Shown here: in pieces, positions 38,339 through 50,283 of the stretch
Numbering within the stretch: the stretch's first letter is position 1
Layout of the letters: each line of letters starts with the position of its first letter
Assembly: GCA_040285855.1 (NCBI GenBank)
Contig: JAUFOQ010000001.1
Coordinates: forward strand, 1,240,001 to 1,304,000
DNA: 64,000 bases
Direction: 5' to 3'
From: Eukaryota sp. GEM-RC1
Lineage: Eukaryota
Program-made: the position numbers and the translations under genes
Notes under the pieces: model-generated
Databases searched by the model: none
What the model was told of the DNA's origin: nothing
Seen by the model: the letters and a program-made list of their open reading frames with translations, nothing else

Positions 38339-41300
38339 TGATACCGTTTGGCTACAAAGGGTAGGGAAAAGATGTTTATAAATAAAATAATATGATCTTG
38401 TAACACTTCACTAACACCTGTGGCTAACATTACCTCTTCTCTTCTTTCGAGCTCCTAGTTCTCTTTGCTACAGGTGTCTTAACTTTGGAAGACGTCTTAG
38501 GAGTACTCTTACTACCGGAGGTACGTTTAAGCTTAGTGTTGTTATTACTAGACCTGTTTCTATTGTTACGAAATAAATCTAAATTGTCTAATTTTACAAA
38601 GTCACTATACGCTTTGGTGTTCTTGATGTCCTTGATGGGAACTGACGAAGTATCACCACCAAACCAAAGTACAGTGCAGAATTCACCATCGGGTGTATCA
38701 AACCTATCTAGGATCTTAACCACGATGTGTTCTTCAGAATCCCCAGAAGCAATTGCTCTGTGGAGATCATGATCAGCAGGCAGATCTGATTGAAAGATCT
38801 TACATTGATGAATGCTAGTCTTACTAACATATCCAGTGATCAGATTCTTTAATGAAACAGAAGATTTTGAATCAACTGAGACAACTAGAAAAGGTCCAGT
38901 GTAGTTTCCATGGAGCTTACTAGTTTTGGCGACCTTTAACACAAGATCTCCAATCTTAAATGATTGACTAGTGTTAAACTTCTTCTTAGGCTTGAGTACT
39001 GATTGACGATCCTCTGCCTCTTCTCTTTTTTTCGTTAAACGTTCTAGTTTCATTTTAATGTCGTCAATAAACGAAACATTCTTTGTTGATTTCTCAACAG
39101 CATCTAGTAAACCACTAGGATCTGCACCAGGACTTATGTCACTACCAAACATCAGTTCGTAAGGAGTATGCCCAGTTATTGAACTCTTTGTTGCGTTGAT
39201 CTGCAACTGTACAGTTGGAATGTACGTTGACCAATTGTCATAATCATTGAAGTCCACAAGGAGACGACGTAGGCTTTGCAGAACGTCTCTGTGACGTCGT
39301 TCCACCAGTCCATTACTCTGGGAGAAATGAGGAATCGAACGACTTACTTCAATCGCCAGTAGGTTACATATTGCCTCGAAAATAGCATTGGCAAACTCCG
39401 TACCATTATCACTATGGATACAAAACGGTATTCCAAAGATAGCAATCACATCCCACACAAGACGATATGCTACTTCTCTACTGTTAAGTTCTTCGCGGGG
39501 GCTCAAAATGGTGTATCTGGCGAAAGAATCTACAAACACCAATAGGAATGGGTTTCCATTTTGATCTTTTGGAAGTGGACCGATTGTGTCGACATTAAGT
39601 CTAGCAAAAGGTCTATCAGCCCATAGAGAACCCGTCGATTCAATTATCTTTTTAGGGATAGGTGCCGTTTTCTGACACGCAGGGCATTGCTGAACATGTT
39701 TTATCATGTCAGCTTTCATACTCTGGCCAAAAGTAACCACTATTGAACAACATTTCCAAACTTCGTTTCTTGTTTGGGTGTCCTGACTGGACTAAGCCAT
39801 GTAGCATGTAAAGAACTTTCTTTATTAAGCTAGATGGAATCAAAATCTTGTTCTTTGAGTTCATGTATACATTACTCATTGTACACAAAGTTGAACCATT
39901 AAACAGTTGATCTCCTTGTTCTATCGCTTTAGATTGTTCTGACCTAATGGTGGATAACCAAGAGTCAAATAAAGGAAGTTTGTTGTCTGTTGAGAGATTA
40001 CGAAGACACTTGATAGCTAATACGTTGGAGTCACGTGGAAGCATCTCAACATAGTCTGCATCATCATAAAGTAAGCCTTCATGAGAAAGGGTTAAATCTT
40101 TTTGATGGAAAGATTTGAGATCGTTAAAGATTTGATTGTTTCAACTGGGCGTCGGTCAATAACACGTGACAACATGTCAGCCCATTGATTGTTTGTACCA
40201 GCTACATGTACTATCTCAAAATCGAACTCTGAGAAAATTGGAATCCATCGTTTGACAATACGATTCTTTTCTGGAGCAGATATAAGATAAGCAAGGTTCC
40301 TATGATCAGTAAAGATCGTCAAGTGCCAACTTAACAGAAAACCTTCTAAACTAGATTCTGTCAGAATCAAAAGAATGGCATACAGCTCTTTCTGGATAGC
40401 TGCCCAATTCTGTTGACTATCATTGAGTAAACGGCTATAAAAAGATACAGGTCTAACTCTACGTTCTTCTAACGGAGTTCCTGGAGGAGCTGGAGGATTT
40501 TCTTCCTGCCAGATCACACCACCAACAGCAATGTCGGATGCATCTGTGGATATGATAATGTTCTTATCAGTATCAGGTAAATCTAAAGCCATATGGTTTA
40601 TAATCTCAGACTTTAGTTGAGTTAATAGAGCATCATGGTCTTTTGTCCAAACAATTTTCTTGGGTTTACCACGAGTCAGTTTATTGATTGATGCAGTCAA
40701 GTTCGAATAATTCGGAATCCATTCACGAACATAATTTAAAGCACCAAGTAAACTTCTAACTTCAGGTAAAGTTGAAGGAGCAGGTAACTCAATCAACGCC
40801 GAAACTCTTTTATCATCTATGCAACGGGTTTTATTACAAAAGTTGCTGCCCAGAATCTTATTAGGATGTCTAGAAGTGGTGAACCTACACTTCTTCAATC
40901 CAATCCGTACTCTAAAACGTTCTGCTCGTTCCAGTACTAGATTTATTCTTGAAATAAACTCTTCAAAGGTATTGCCTACAACAATTATATCATCAATATA
41001 AATGAAAACACCTTCGACATTGAAAATTTCCATCATGATGTTTTGAAAAATTGCTGGTACGTTTTTCAATCCAAAACATGCTCGTTTAAAGCTAATAGAC
41101 ATTCCAGGTATAGACACACTGGTCTTCTCGACATCTTCTTCAGCTACATTTAGCTGCCAGAATGCTTTAGGAAGGTCAAGTGTTCCAATGAAATTAGCTT
41201 TCGAAAGAAACTCTAGAACATCACAGATCCGTGGTAAATTTGGTTTCACCGGTCTGGTATTAGCATTAATCCCATCAAGTCCACTGAAATCTCCAGTTAA

Positions 41301-44300
41301 ACGAGGCTTACGGTGATCATTATAAACCACCAAGACTATGGGACTGCTGAACTTACCAGTTGATGGTACGGCCCATCCTTGTCGTATAAGTTCATTAAAA
41401 ATTTCTTCGGCTATACGCTGTTTTTCAGGGTTAAGCCTTCTAGGAGGACGAAATACAGTGACACTTTCATCATAGAATGGAATTGTCATGGGTGGACAAT
41501 CAATACCATCAGGATGTATATCTTCTGAAAAGACTTGTTTGTATTTACTGAGTAGGCTCAGAAGCTCCGTTCTTCTTGTATAATCATCCAATTCTATCGT
41601 GCAACCAGAGTTGTCAATGGTTTCTTCAAACAGATCTATATCTAATTGAGTGTTACCGTACTGATCAATAGTAAAATGTGTTGAATTTGGTTTTATTGAA
41701 CATTTTGATTGAACTCTATTAATCGAAATTGATGGAGACCTCATTCTCTCATCAAATTCACTCTCTGCATTGAGAATAGTGCTATGTTCTTTATCTAATC
41801 TAATGACTAGACCATCATCCGAAAGCAACCCCAGTTCTTCTTGCAAATCTCTACCAATGAGGAGAATTTTTGTTCCTGGAACTACTGGTAGAGTATGCTT
41901 AACATGAATCTGGTTGGCCAAGCTGCCAACGTTGAACGTCAGAACACCTATTGCACTACCTAAGGAAGTAGCACGAATATTATTCGCTGAGATGTATTCA
42001 ATACAACTATCAGTAGTTGTCATCTCACAGTAGCGTATCAAATCTTGAGAAATGACTGAACATGATGCTGCTGAGTCAAATTCTCCTACTACTGGTACAT
42101 TGTTGATTAACAATCGAATACATAAAGGACCCTTACCTTTAGAATCGAACCCTAGGTTCTGGTTGAGACTACGAATTGTTTCAACAGATGATGTACTTCT
42201 ACCCTTGCTTGAATGTGTGTTCAAAGCAGCCAATGGGTTCATGTACTTATGAGGTGTAGTGTGATTATCTCTAGATGTGTTATTTGTTGCAAGTCTGAAA
42301 ATATAGTTATTCTGTTGTTTATTGGAACTAAAACGACGACTAAAAGATTGACTACGACTGTCACCTGATCTACGTTTGTTGGACTTCTTATCACTGTCAG
42401 ATTGAGGTTTTGATCTACAATCAGTGGAGTAATGGCCCATTTTTCCACAGTTAAAACATTTAACCGTAGACTTAACATCTCCAGGTGTACCATGAGAAGA
42501 TTGAGAATGGGGCTTGTTTGCGGTATTTGGTCGATTTCTTCTATTTCTAGAAGGAAAACGACTGGAAGGAGTGGATAAGGACTTCACAGCTGTGGAACGC
42601 TTGTAGGTAGTCCAGATCGATCTAACTTCTTGGAAGAATTGAGGTAGCTTATCATCCTCAGTTTTGAGACGATGATCCCATCTAAGAACAAGTTCATTCA
42701 AAGCAATAATTCCTTTGTCAGGATTCAGTGTTTCTAACACCAAACTCGGCTACTGTGGAAGCAGGGACCTTTGTTCGGACAGTTTCATCACTCGACGTAG
42801 CTATTATCGCCATGGAACATTTGAGAACACTAATTACGCCACGGAGGTATCGGTCAAAGCACTCAGCAGGGTCTTTGGAGCTACCCAATCTTATTTCTTT
42901 AATTGCATCAATGGCTGTTGTAGTTGATGAGTATTGACTCTTGTTAATCAATAAACGCCAGATGTTTTGTTCAAGTACCTGACTACTGTTGTTATTACCA
43001 ATCAGATCTAACATTTTCCAATCATTCAAAGTCGTTTGATCTATGAAATGACTAATGCCAGCTGGATCAATCTCACACAATGCTGTCCTAGCAAGGTCGA
43101 ATTTGTTCAAAGGAGTACCAATCCAGAGGTCATAATCGAAACGTTCAGTTTGTTTTCTGACATGAATGGCCCAATGAAAGAAGTCATGAATAAACTTCAC
43201 AACCTCATAACGAGTGTCGTTTTTCAAGAACGGCTCTCTGTCTTTTTTCTTCTTGATCTTCTTGGGAGGAGTCACACCAGATGAGAGAATAACAGAATCA
43301 TGAAGGACATTGTCAGGACGTTCATCTTCAGAGGATTGACTAAGATCGATGTGATTTTCAATCGATGGAGACAAATCAGGAAACTTGTTTGATTGTCTAT
43401 CTCTTTCTGCTTTGGTTTTGTTGGCTTTAGCAATCAACTCGTTTCTATGTCGAATTTTCGGTTCTTCGAGTTCTTTTTTTGACATGACTGTTGATTCTTG
43501 GTTCAAATCACGAGTGAAGTTCTCGGTCACACGGTAAACGTTTTCATGTTCTTCACTGGCAACAAACCGATCAACGTCTCCAAATTCTCCATCAAACTTT
43601 CTAGTTGAGAGAATATCACGTGAACCATCAGTGAAGCGGTCAACAGATTCTGGACGGAAAGGTTCACCAGGAACGTGAGCAGAAAGGCGAGCAGTTTGAC
43701 GTAGCTCTTCAGGCTTGGGAAGAAGTGTACCAACTTCTCGTAAAGCACCATGAGCAACAGGAAGGACCTTTTGAGATCCGCCAATGCCACTAAACTGTTG
43801 GACAACCACAGAACCTTCATCAGGAACAGCTAAGGTCGTGTTTGATGCTTCAAAGGTTGACTGTGGAAGGTTTTCATATCTATGACCAACGGGAAGGTGT
43901 CTAGAACTAACAGCAACGTTGTGATACGTCTTGACTTGATTGCTCAAGCTTTGACAATACCACGCTGAGTAAGCATACGTAACGTATCTACCATCGGCAT
44001 CGAAACTAGGTTCCAATGGTTCAATCAAGATACCATGACGAGGATCCCATGAGTAATCCGAGGGATAACGATACGTATCCCCAGCATCTCCATCATACAA
44101 ATCACCCAGAAAGCGTTCAATAACTTGAGGGGAAATACCTGGAGGAACGTTCCTCAACAGATAGTGCCGTCTTTTAGGCATACGGTTGCGGATGACAGGA
44201 TGCCAAGGAGCGAACTTCGCCAAGTGCCACATGTCGTAATCAGAGATACCAACGCTGTTGTCTTGTGGACTTACCCAGGGTATGAGTCTATTTGGGATAG

Positions 44301-45173
44301 CATCCTTATGGAAGTGCTGTTCCTCAATAGACCCAACTAGCTCTTCGACTTTGTTGCCTCGATCTTCTGGAGAGAGACTCATCTTACGAGCTAGAAGTTC
44401 CTTTTCAACAAGAAGCTTCTGTTCTGCTTCGAGTCTTCTAGACTGCTCTTTGGCGAGAGATTCCTGTAACTTGCGAATCTCTTCAACCACTTCAGTTGAC
44501 CTCTTTTGAGGAACTGGAACAACATCGGGAATGCTTTCTTTATTAAAACTATTTCTACGAGGAAGAATAGGGAGAGGAGACGCTGTTACAACAACATCAT
44601 GACTCTCGGAATGCGGAGTACTGCTACTGTCAGCATCGCTTACTCTATACTTCTCTAACAAGCTTGGGATACGGTCTGAAATTACAGAGGGAGTATCCAA
44701 ACCCACTTCGCCATCCTTGCGGGAAGACGAAGTCCTTCCATCCTCAGATGGGCATCCACCTTCAGGTTGAACATCTACAACTCTACGAGAAGTAGATTCA
44801 CCACCCTCAGGTGAGATTTCCGTCACCTCCTTGTGGGAAGTGGGGCTTCTATCCTCAGATAGGCATCCGTCCTCAGACAGGCATCCATCCTCAGATGGGT
44901 CACTTTCAAATTCCGACGAGTCAACTGACTCTTCTGTCTCAGGAACCAATGGCTCCATTCGACGGGAAGACACTTTGGAGCTAGACTTAGATCTAGTCAA
45001 AGGTTTGTTTCTACGATTAGTTTTGTTTCCCGCTTTTGGGGGGTTAGTAGTCCTTTTCTTCACCATCTTGGACAATAATTATTGATACCGTTTGGCTACA
45101 AAGGGTAGGGAAAAGATGTTTATAAATAAAATAATATGATCTTGTAACACTTCACTAACACCTGTGGCTAACA
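38339..45173 (-). mobile_element. Full-length Ty3/Gypsy LTR retrotransposon (element 3)
   Basis: Identical 91-bp LTRs at 45083-45173 and 38339-38429, 4-bp TSD CCTG (38335-38338 and 45174-45177), PPT GAAAGAAGAGAAGAGG. Confidence 0.97.
38430..45066 (-). CDS. Gag-Pol polyprotein of element 3 (about 3 frameshifts)
   Basis: ORFs 42718..45075, 40092..42743, 39709..40044 and 38430..39740. CFNCGKMGHYSTDC knuckle, GEFDSAA protease, YIDD RT, RNase H, DDE integrase, chromo-like tail. Confidence 0.92.
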
Positions 45174-45539
45174 CCTGGGTTATATGGTTACTATAGAGTA
45201 TGTGTTGGGGTTATAAGTTCGGTTTTGTTGTACATTGTTTAATAATCACTACTTTAGAACTTCAGTGTTACACTCGATGAAACCAATAGTAAAGTCCTAA
45301 CCTTCGAAGCTTCCTCATTATTGGTAATTGTTAATTTGAATCAATAGTTATGATCATGTGGATGTATCAGTTGTGATTTGGAAATCTTCGATATCAATAA
45401 TTTGATATCACGAAAGCTTGGGCTTTCAAAATCGAATTTGCTCAGCTAAAATTGATCGTTCCGCTTTTTGTGCTTTTTAAAAAAAACATTTTAAGTGCTG
45501 CTGCGTTTTCTTTAGTGATGCGCTATCCTCAACGCTTTC

Positions 45540-46200
45540 ATTTTAGTTTGACGGATCAAGAATGGGCAATTAACATGCGTTTGAGATTGGAGCTATGGCC
45601 CAATGGCCTACTTTAACAGTCTGAGTCCATCTGTAGTGCGTCAAAGCCTGCTTCATTTCATCACAATGTAAATTGTCCTAAATGTATTCATATGAGATCT
45701 GTTCTTCACAATAGTATTCGTGAGAATATACTATTATTTTGTGATCAATGTCTTTCTTTATTTAAATCAAAGGAATTTCATGCTAAAACTGAACCTCCAT
45801 TATCTGCATTTTCTGATTCTTTAATTCGTGATAAGAGTCGTGGTGATTTAAGTGGTCCATGGTTAAATTGTAAAGAAGGTGTTTTGGATTTGATCACTGT
45901 GGATCCTTGTAACGATACTGTTAGTAGTAAAATATTGGATGATCAATTTACACCTTTGGATAAAGTCTTCGTTATGTGATTATAAATCTAAATTGAATTC
46001 ACAAAGGCATAATGCTTTGGTGTTTCAAGTTGACACCTTCAACCATTTGGTATTTCAATTTATGGGGACTTAGGTTTTGCAGCTCAATCATTTTTGTCAT
46101 CTTTTAATCAATTGTGTTGCTATTTTGGCTAGAAGTTTAGCATTAGTTTTTGGAGGGATCGTCTTATTTTTTCAAGATTCCGTTCAATGTTTCAATAATT
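45540..46200 (+). pseudogene. Non-LTR retrotransposon remnant (CCHC plus restriction-like endonuclease, CRE/R2-type)
   Basis: C...HHNVNCPKC..LHNSIR...RGDL...LDLITVDP...QPFGISIYG.LGFAAQSFL follows the RLE pattern H..C..(R)HN, (R)PD/GD, D.TV, PF..S..G.LG. Confidence 0.65.
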
Positions 46201-46578
46201 CGACGGAATTTTGAAGAACCTCTTTGGGGTTCAAGACCGTATGATGAAATAGTATCACGGATAGTATTGTTAAGTTTGTTTGCGTCTTTAGATTTCATTT
46301 ATCTTTAAGAGATACACACTGAATCAAAATCAGCTCTATCATCATAACTGCTTTCAGAAGTAATACTCGAGTATTACTCAGGATTTATTACTCATTACTC
46401 TGCCTGAGTAATGACTCAGTAGTACTCGAGTAAAGTATGTTACCACCTCTAGATGTGACAGCAACAGGTCTTAGTGTGGTTCAAGTACTATATATGTATA
46501 TATTTTGTAGTGTACAGTACATTGAAGGGTGTAGTGAAATGTTGAGACTAATTCTTAGGTGTTCTCTGCTAGTGGTCT

Positions 46579-49079
46579 ATGAACAACCTCCCAACTCCAA
46601 CGGCTCTGTGTCAAAAACTTGATCAGTTCCGTGAATCTTCATCCTTAACAGACATCATTATCACATATGACGATCAAGAATTCCCTGTCCACAGAGCGAT
46701 CGTCTCCCTTCACAGCTCCTTCCTTGATTCCTTACCCAGTCGTAGTAGAGGCAGTGCTGTTCACGAAATCCCCAAAATCCCCACTGTCACTGACTCTTTG
46801 GTCAATTCAGTTCTTCACACTTTCTATGGCAAACCTCTCTCAATCAACACCTCCAACTTCAGTGCCGTCATCATCCTCGCTTCTCAACTCAACTACCCCG
46901 ACTTATCCACAGCCTGTCAGTCTTGCCTTGTCAGTGGTTTGGCGAATGACTTTGTCTTCAAGCTGAAACCTTCCGATATTGTCCATAAGTTGAAGGAGAG
47001 TAACACTGCTGACGTCATCATTAAGTTCAAAGGCACTAAGATTAAGGTTCACTCAATGTTGCTCTGTTGTTGGTCTAAGTTCTTTGAGAATAGAATCATT
47101 GGACCATTGGCTGAAGACAACGACGATGATTACGATTTTACTCAGAAGTTTGGTTTCCCCGTTGAAGTTTTTAAAAAGTTCTTCGACCTCTTCTATTGTC
47201 AGAATATCGACCTTAATGTGAACAACATATTTGAATTTTTCCATCTCGCTGTATATTTCCAAGTCGAGTGTCTGCAGAACTTTTGTATCGCTTTTATATC
47301 CAATTCTTCATTGTCCATTGATAACGTGATCAATCTAATCAAAAAGCTGGTGACGCGAATGACTTTTACTTTGTCAATGAGTTCAAATCCATTCTTAGTA
47401 AAGTTTCTATTACCACTGATTCAACTCCAATTAAATTACCACTCAGTTTCATTGTCAATCTGTTGGAACTAGAGGTTTTTAATAATCTTTATCTTTTGAA
47501 ATGTGCAGTGATTTCATGTGACTCAGAATCCTCTGCAAATGAAGAACTTTTTTTCAATTTTAAGGTTTTTTCTATCAGTGTTCCACTTGATCAAATATTT
47601 GAAATTTTGACTGACTTATTTGATAATTCAGAGTGTACACAAACCCTCTACGACTGGAGCTTAGAGATCTTGAACTCAGATAAAACCACTAAATTACCAT
47701 GTAAATGGTTCTTCTTCTTGATAAAAACTGCAGATCTACTTCAAGATTCTGAAACAATGACAATTCTTTCCACTTTGTTTCCCAAGTTCTTACAGTCCAC
47801 TCTAATTGAGAGTTTACCAGAACTTGTTTGTTCTCCAAAAACTTTTTGTAAATTATCCACCAATATTCTTCCTTCACATGTATTGTGGTTTACTTCAAAT
47901 TTAGTTAGTTCTTACAAGAATTCTAATTGGAATGTTGAAGAATTTGAAAGTTGCTTCTATTCTTCAGATTTTAGTTCTACTCCAATTAACCAACTGGTAC
48001 AAGTATTAGGTCCCTTGAAATCAGAAAAAGAATTAAAACGTTTTCTTTTGGAGTTTAACTCACTTGTAATTGTTCCAAAATTAATTCAAATTTCTGAAGA
48101 GCAACGAGTTGAAAATTTGAATTTGAGATCAAATATTAGTGATTTGTGTCGTTCACATTCCTCTGAAGTCAAGAACTTGCGTGAATCATTTGAATCTCGA
48201 ATATCTGCATTGTCTAATAGAGTTTCGTCACTTCAATCAGAAAAAGAACTTGAATTATCCCAATCTCAAGAATTATTCCAAAATTTAAAAAATGGTATTT
48301 CCAAATTAGAGGTGGAATTGAAATCAAGGGTATGTCAATCTGTATTTTATTCTGTCAAAAATGATTTAGCTTCTACAAAACAGAAATGCACTGTGATGGC
48401 TTCCAGAACACTCACTATCTAAGAAAAGGATCTCTGATTTATCTATGAAGGTTAATAATTTGACAACTGATATTCAGAATTTAACTACTACAAATTCTAA
48501 TTCACTCACAAAAATTACTAAACTACAACAAGAACTTGAACAACAAAAACGACAGTTAAAGAAACTCAACCGGTGTCTCAATCAATTCCTCAATCAAAAA
48601 TGATTAGATTCTCTCAAACTAATAAACATTCTCAGTCACAAGTTAGTGGGGATAGAAAGAGAGTTGTTTTTGGAAGTGGCTGTGACAGTGAAGATAGAAA
48701 TTTCTTGGCAGAAGATCCACTTCTTCCAGGTAATGTGTATACTTGGAAGTTGAGGTACCAGGGGGATAGTATTAATCTTTTTGTTGGAGTCATTGACGAG
48801 TCAAAGTTTGTAGTTGATGGTGGGTCGGATAGAAATGCTCACTGTTTTTCAAATGATGGTGGTACCGTGTATGGTTGTCTCCCAAGAAACTATAGTAGGT
48901 GGAATCCTGGTGAATTACTCGAAATCAATGTAAATCTAGTTAATTACACTTTAAAAATTATGTCCGTGAGTAATTCTTCAATTAATCTTACTGGAACTCT
49001 TCCCAGACTAAGTAGCGGTAATTATTATCCATTTGCTTCATTTTATTATAGTGATCATGGACTTGAAATCGTTGAATAA
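46579..49079 (+). CDS. BTB-BTB-helical-coiled coil-SPRY protein (frameshifts near 47345, 48420, 48545)
   Basis: TDIIITYDDQEFPVHRAIVSLHSSF and ADVIIKFKGTKIKVHSMLLCCWSKFF BTB motifs; C-terminal SPRY-like domain (YTWKL..LFVGV..YYPF) nearly colinear with the genes at 53-61 kb. Confidence 0.82.
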
Positions 49080-49443
49080 AGTTGATGACATTGTCATTGT
49101 GTGCAAGTTTCCTCATTTAAAGCAGTGATTCAAATTATGTCATGAATTCTGAAGCTAATTACAGTAGAAGACATCAATTACTGAAAGTTGACGTTTGTAC
49201 ATTTATAATGACTTTAAATCTAACTTTTAAACACGCAATGTGCATCGACAAACAATTAACCCAACAAGTAGCATCATATTCTAGACTTCTGCAATCTTTT
49301 GCTCTTCCATAACAGTCTTAAAATTACAACTCATTATAACATTAGAAAGGAATTAAGTTCAATTATTATTACTGAAAAATATCCAACATCAACTCAATGC
49401 AAACACAACATTTGAAATAACTTGTACAATTTATTTAACAAAT

Positions 49444-50250
49444 CTACGACACTTGACGATTCAACAACATACTTCGAAGATCAGCAATCATTGCATCTCT
49501 CTTAATCTCAGGAGAATCTCTATGCATTCCAGTAATGATGTCTTTAGTTCGATCAAAGTAAACCCCTTCTAACTCATCTCTAAGCCTATTTTCCATGGTC
49601 TCAACCATTGACCCCATGTTAGAAACATGAGTGTTGATAGCAGAGGTCATGAGAGTCGATATCTGAGCTCTTTTCAACGTACCTTCTAAATCCAGTTTAC
49701 CAGTCTCTGATCCCTTAGTCTTCATTGAGATTAAAATGACTGAGCTAAGGTTGTACTCAAACTGTTTAGGAGTACCAGTCGGAGTGATGGTGAATACGTG
49801 GATGGAGTCCCAAGCTCCTAGAACAACAGGGCCACTGGGGTCTACTTCCTTCTTGATTAAGACAGCAGCACCGAGGGCACCAGTGGTTTCAGGGATATCC
49901 CATAGGTAGACGGACGAATAGCCAGAATCGTAGTAGAGCTGACAGTATGTCTCGAAAGCGTCATTAGCAGCTTCTTCTATCTTTCTTACTTCGTCGGATG
50001 GTAAAACTCCGTCCTCGAGTGGTGGAAAGTATTTGTTGGAGAATGGAGATCTGAATGAGTCAACATCACGATTAAAGTCAGAACAAAGGAACTGTTTGTT
50101 TGCTTCAGGATCGTTCGCCAGTTTTAGCGGCTGATCTACAAGTGGAAGTAATTCCTCTGCAACTTCTGGTGCGAGTTCCAAAACATTATCCAAGTGTGTA
50201 TCAACCTCAGAGGGAGGAAGATGTTGTAAAAGAGTGAGGGCTGACTGCAT
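49444..50250 (-). CDS. CAPZB: F-actin capping protein subunit beta
   Basis: LPP..LLPLVDQPLK..FLCSDFNRDVDSFRSPFSNKYFPPLEDG..PS..YYDSGYSSVYLWD..WDSIHV..HVSNMGSMVETMENRLR..VYFDRTKDI. Confidence 0.96.
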   Translation of the reverse strand: MQSALTLLQHLPPSEVDTHLDNVLELAPEVAEELLPLVDQPLKLANDPEANKQFLCSDFNRDVDSFRSPFSNKYFPPLEDGVLPSDEVRKIEEAANDAFETYCQLYYDSGYSSVYLWDIPETTGALGAAVLIKKEVDPSGPVVLGAWDSIHVFTITPTGTPKQFEYNLSSVILISMKTKGSETGKLDLEGTLKRAQISTLMTSAINTHVSNMGSMVETMENRLRDELEGVYFDRTKDIITGMHRDSPEIKRDAMIADLRSMLLNRQVS

Positions 50251-50283
50251 ATTGAAGTGAAAGTATTTGAGTTCTACAACATC

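Noticed and set aside
46360..46435. TACTCGAGTA palindromic cluster
   Set aside because: Probably a collapsed MITE end; too short and no boundaries defined.
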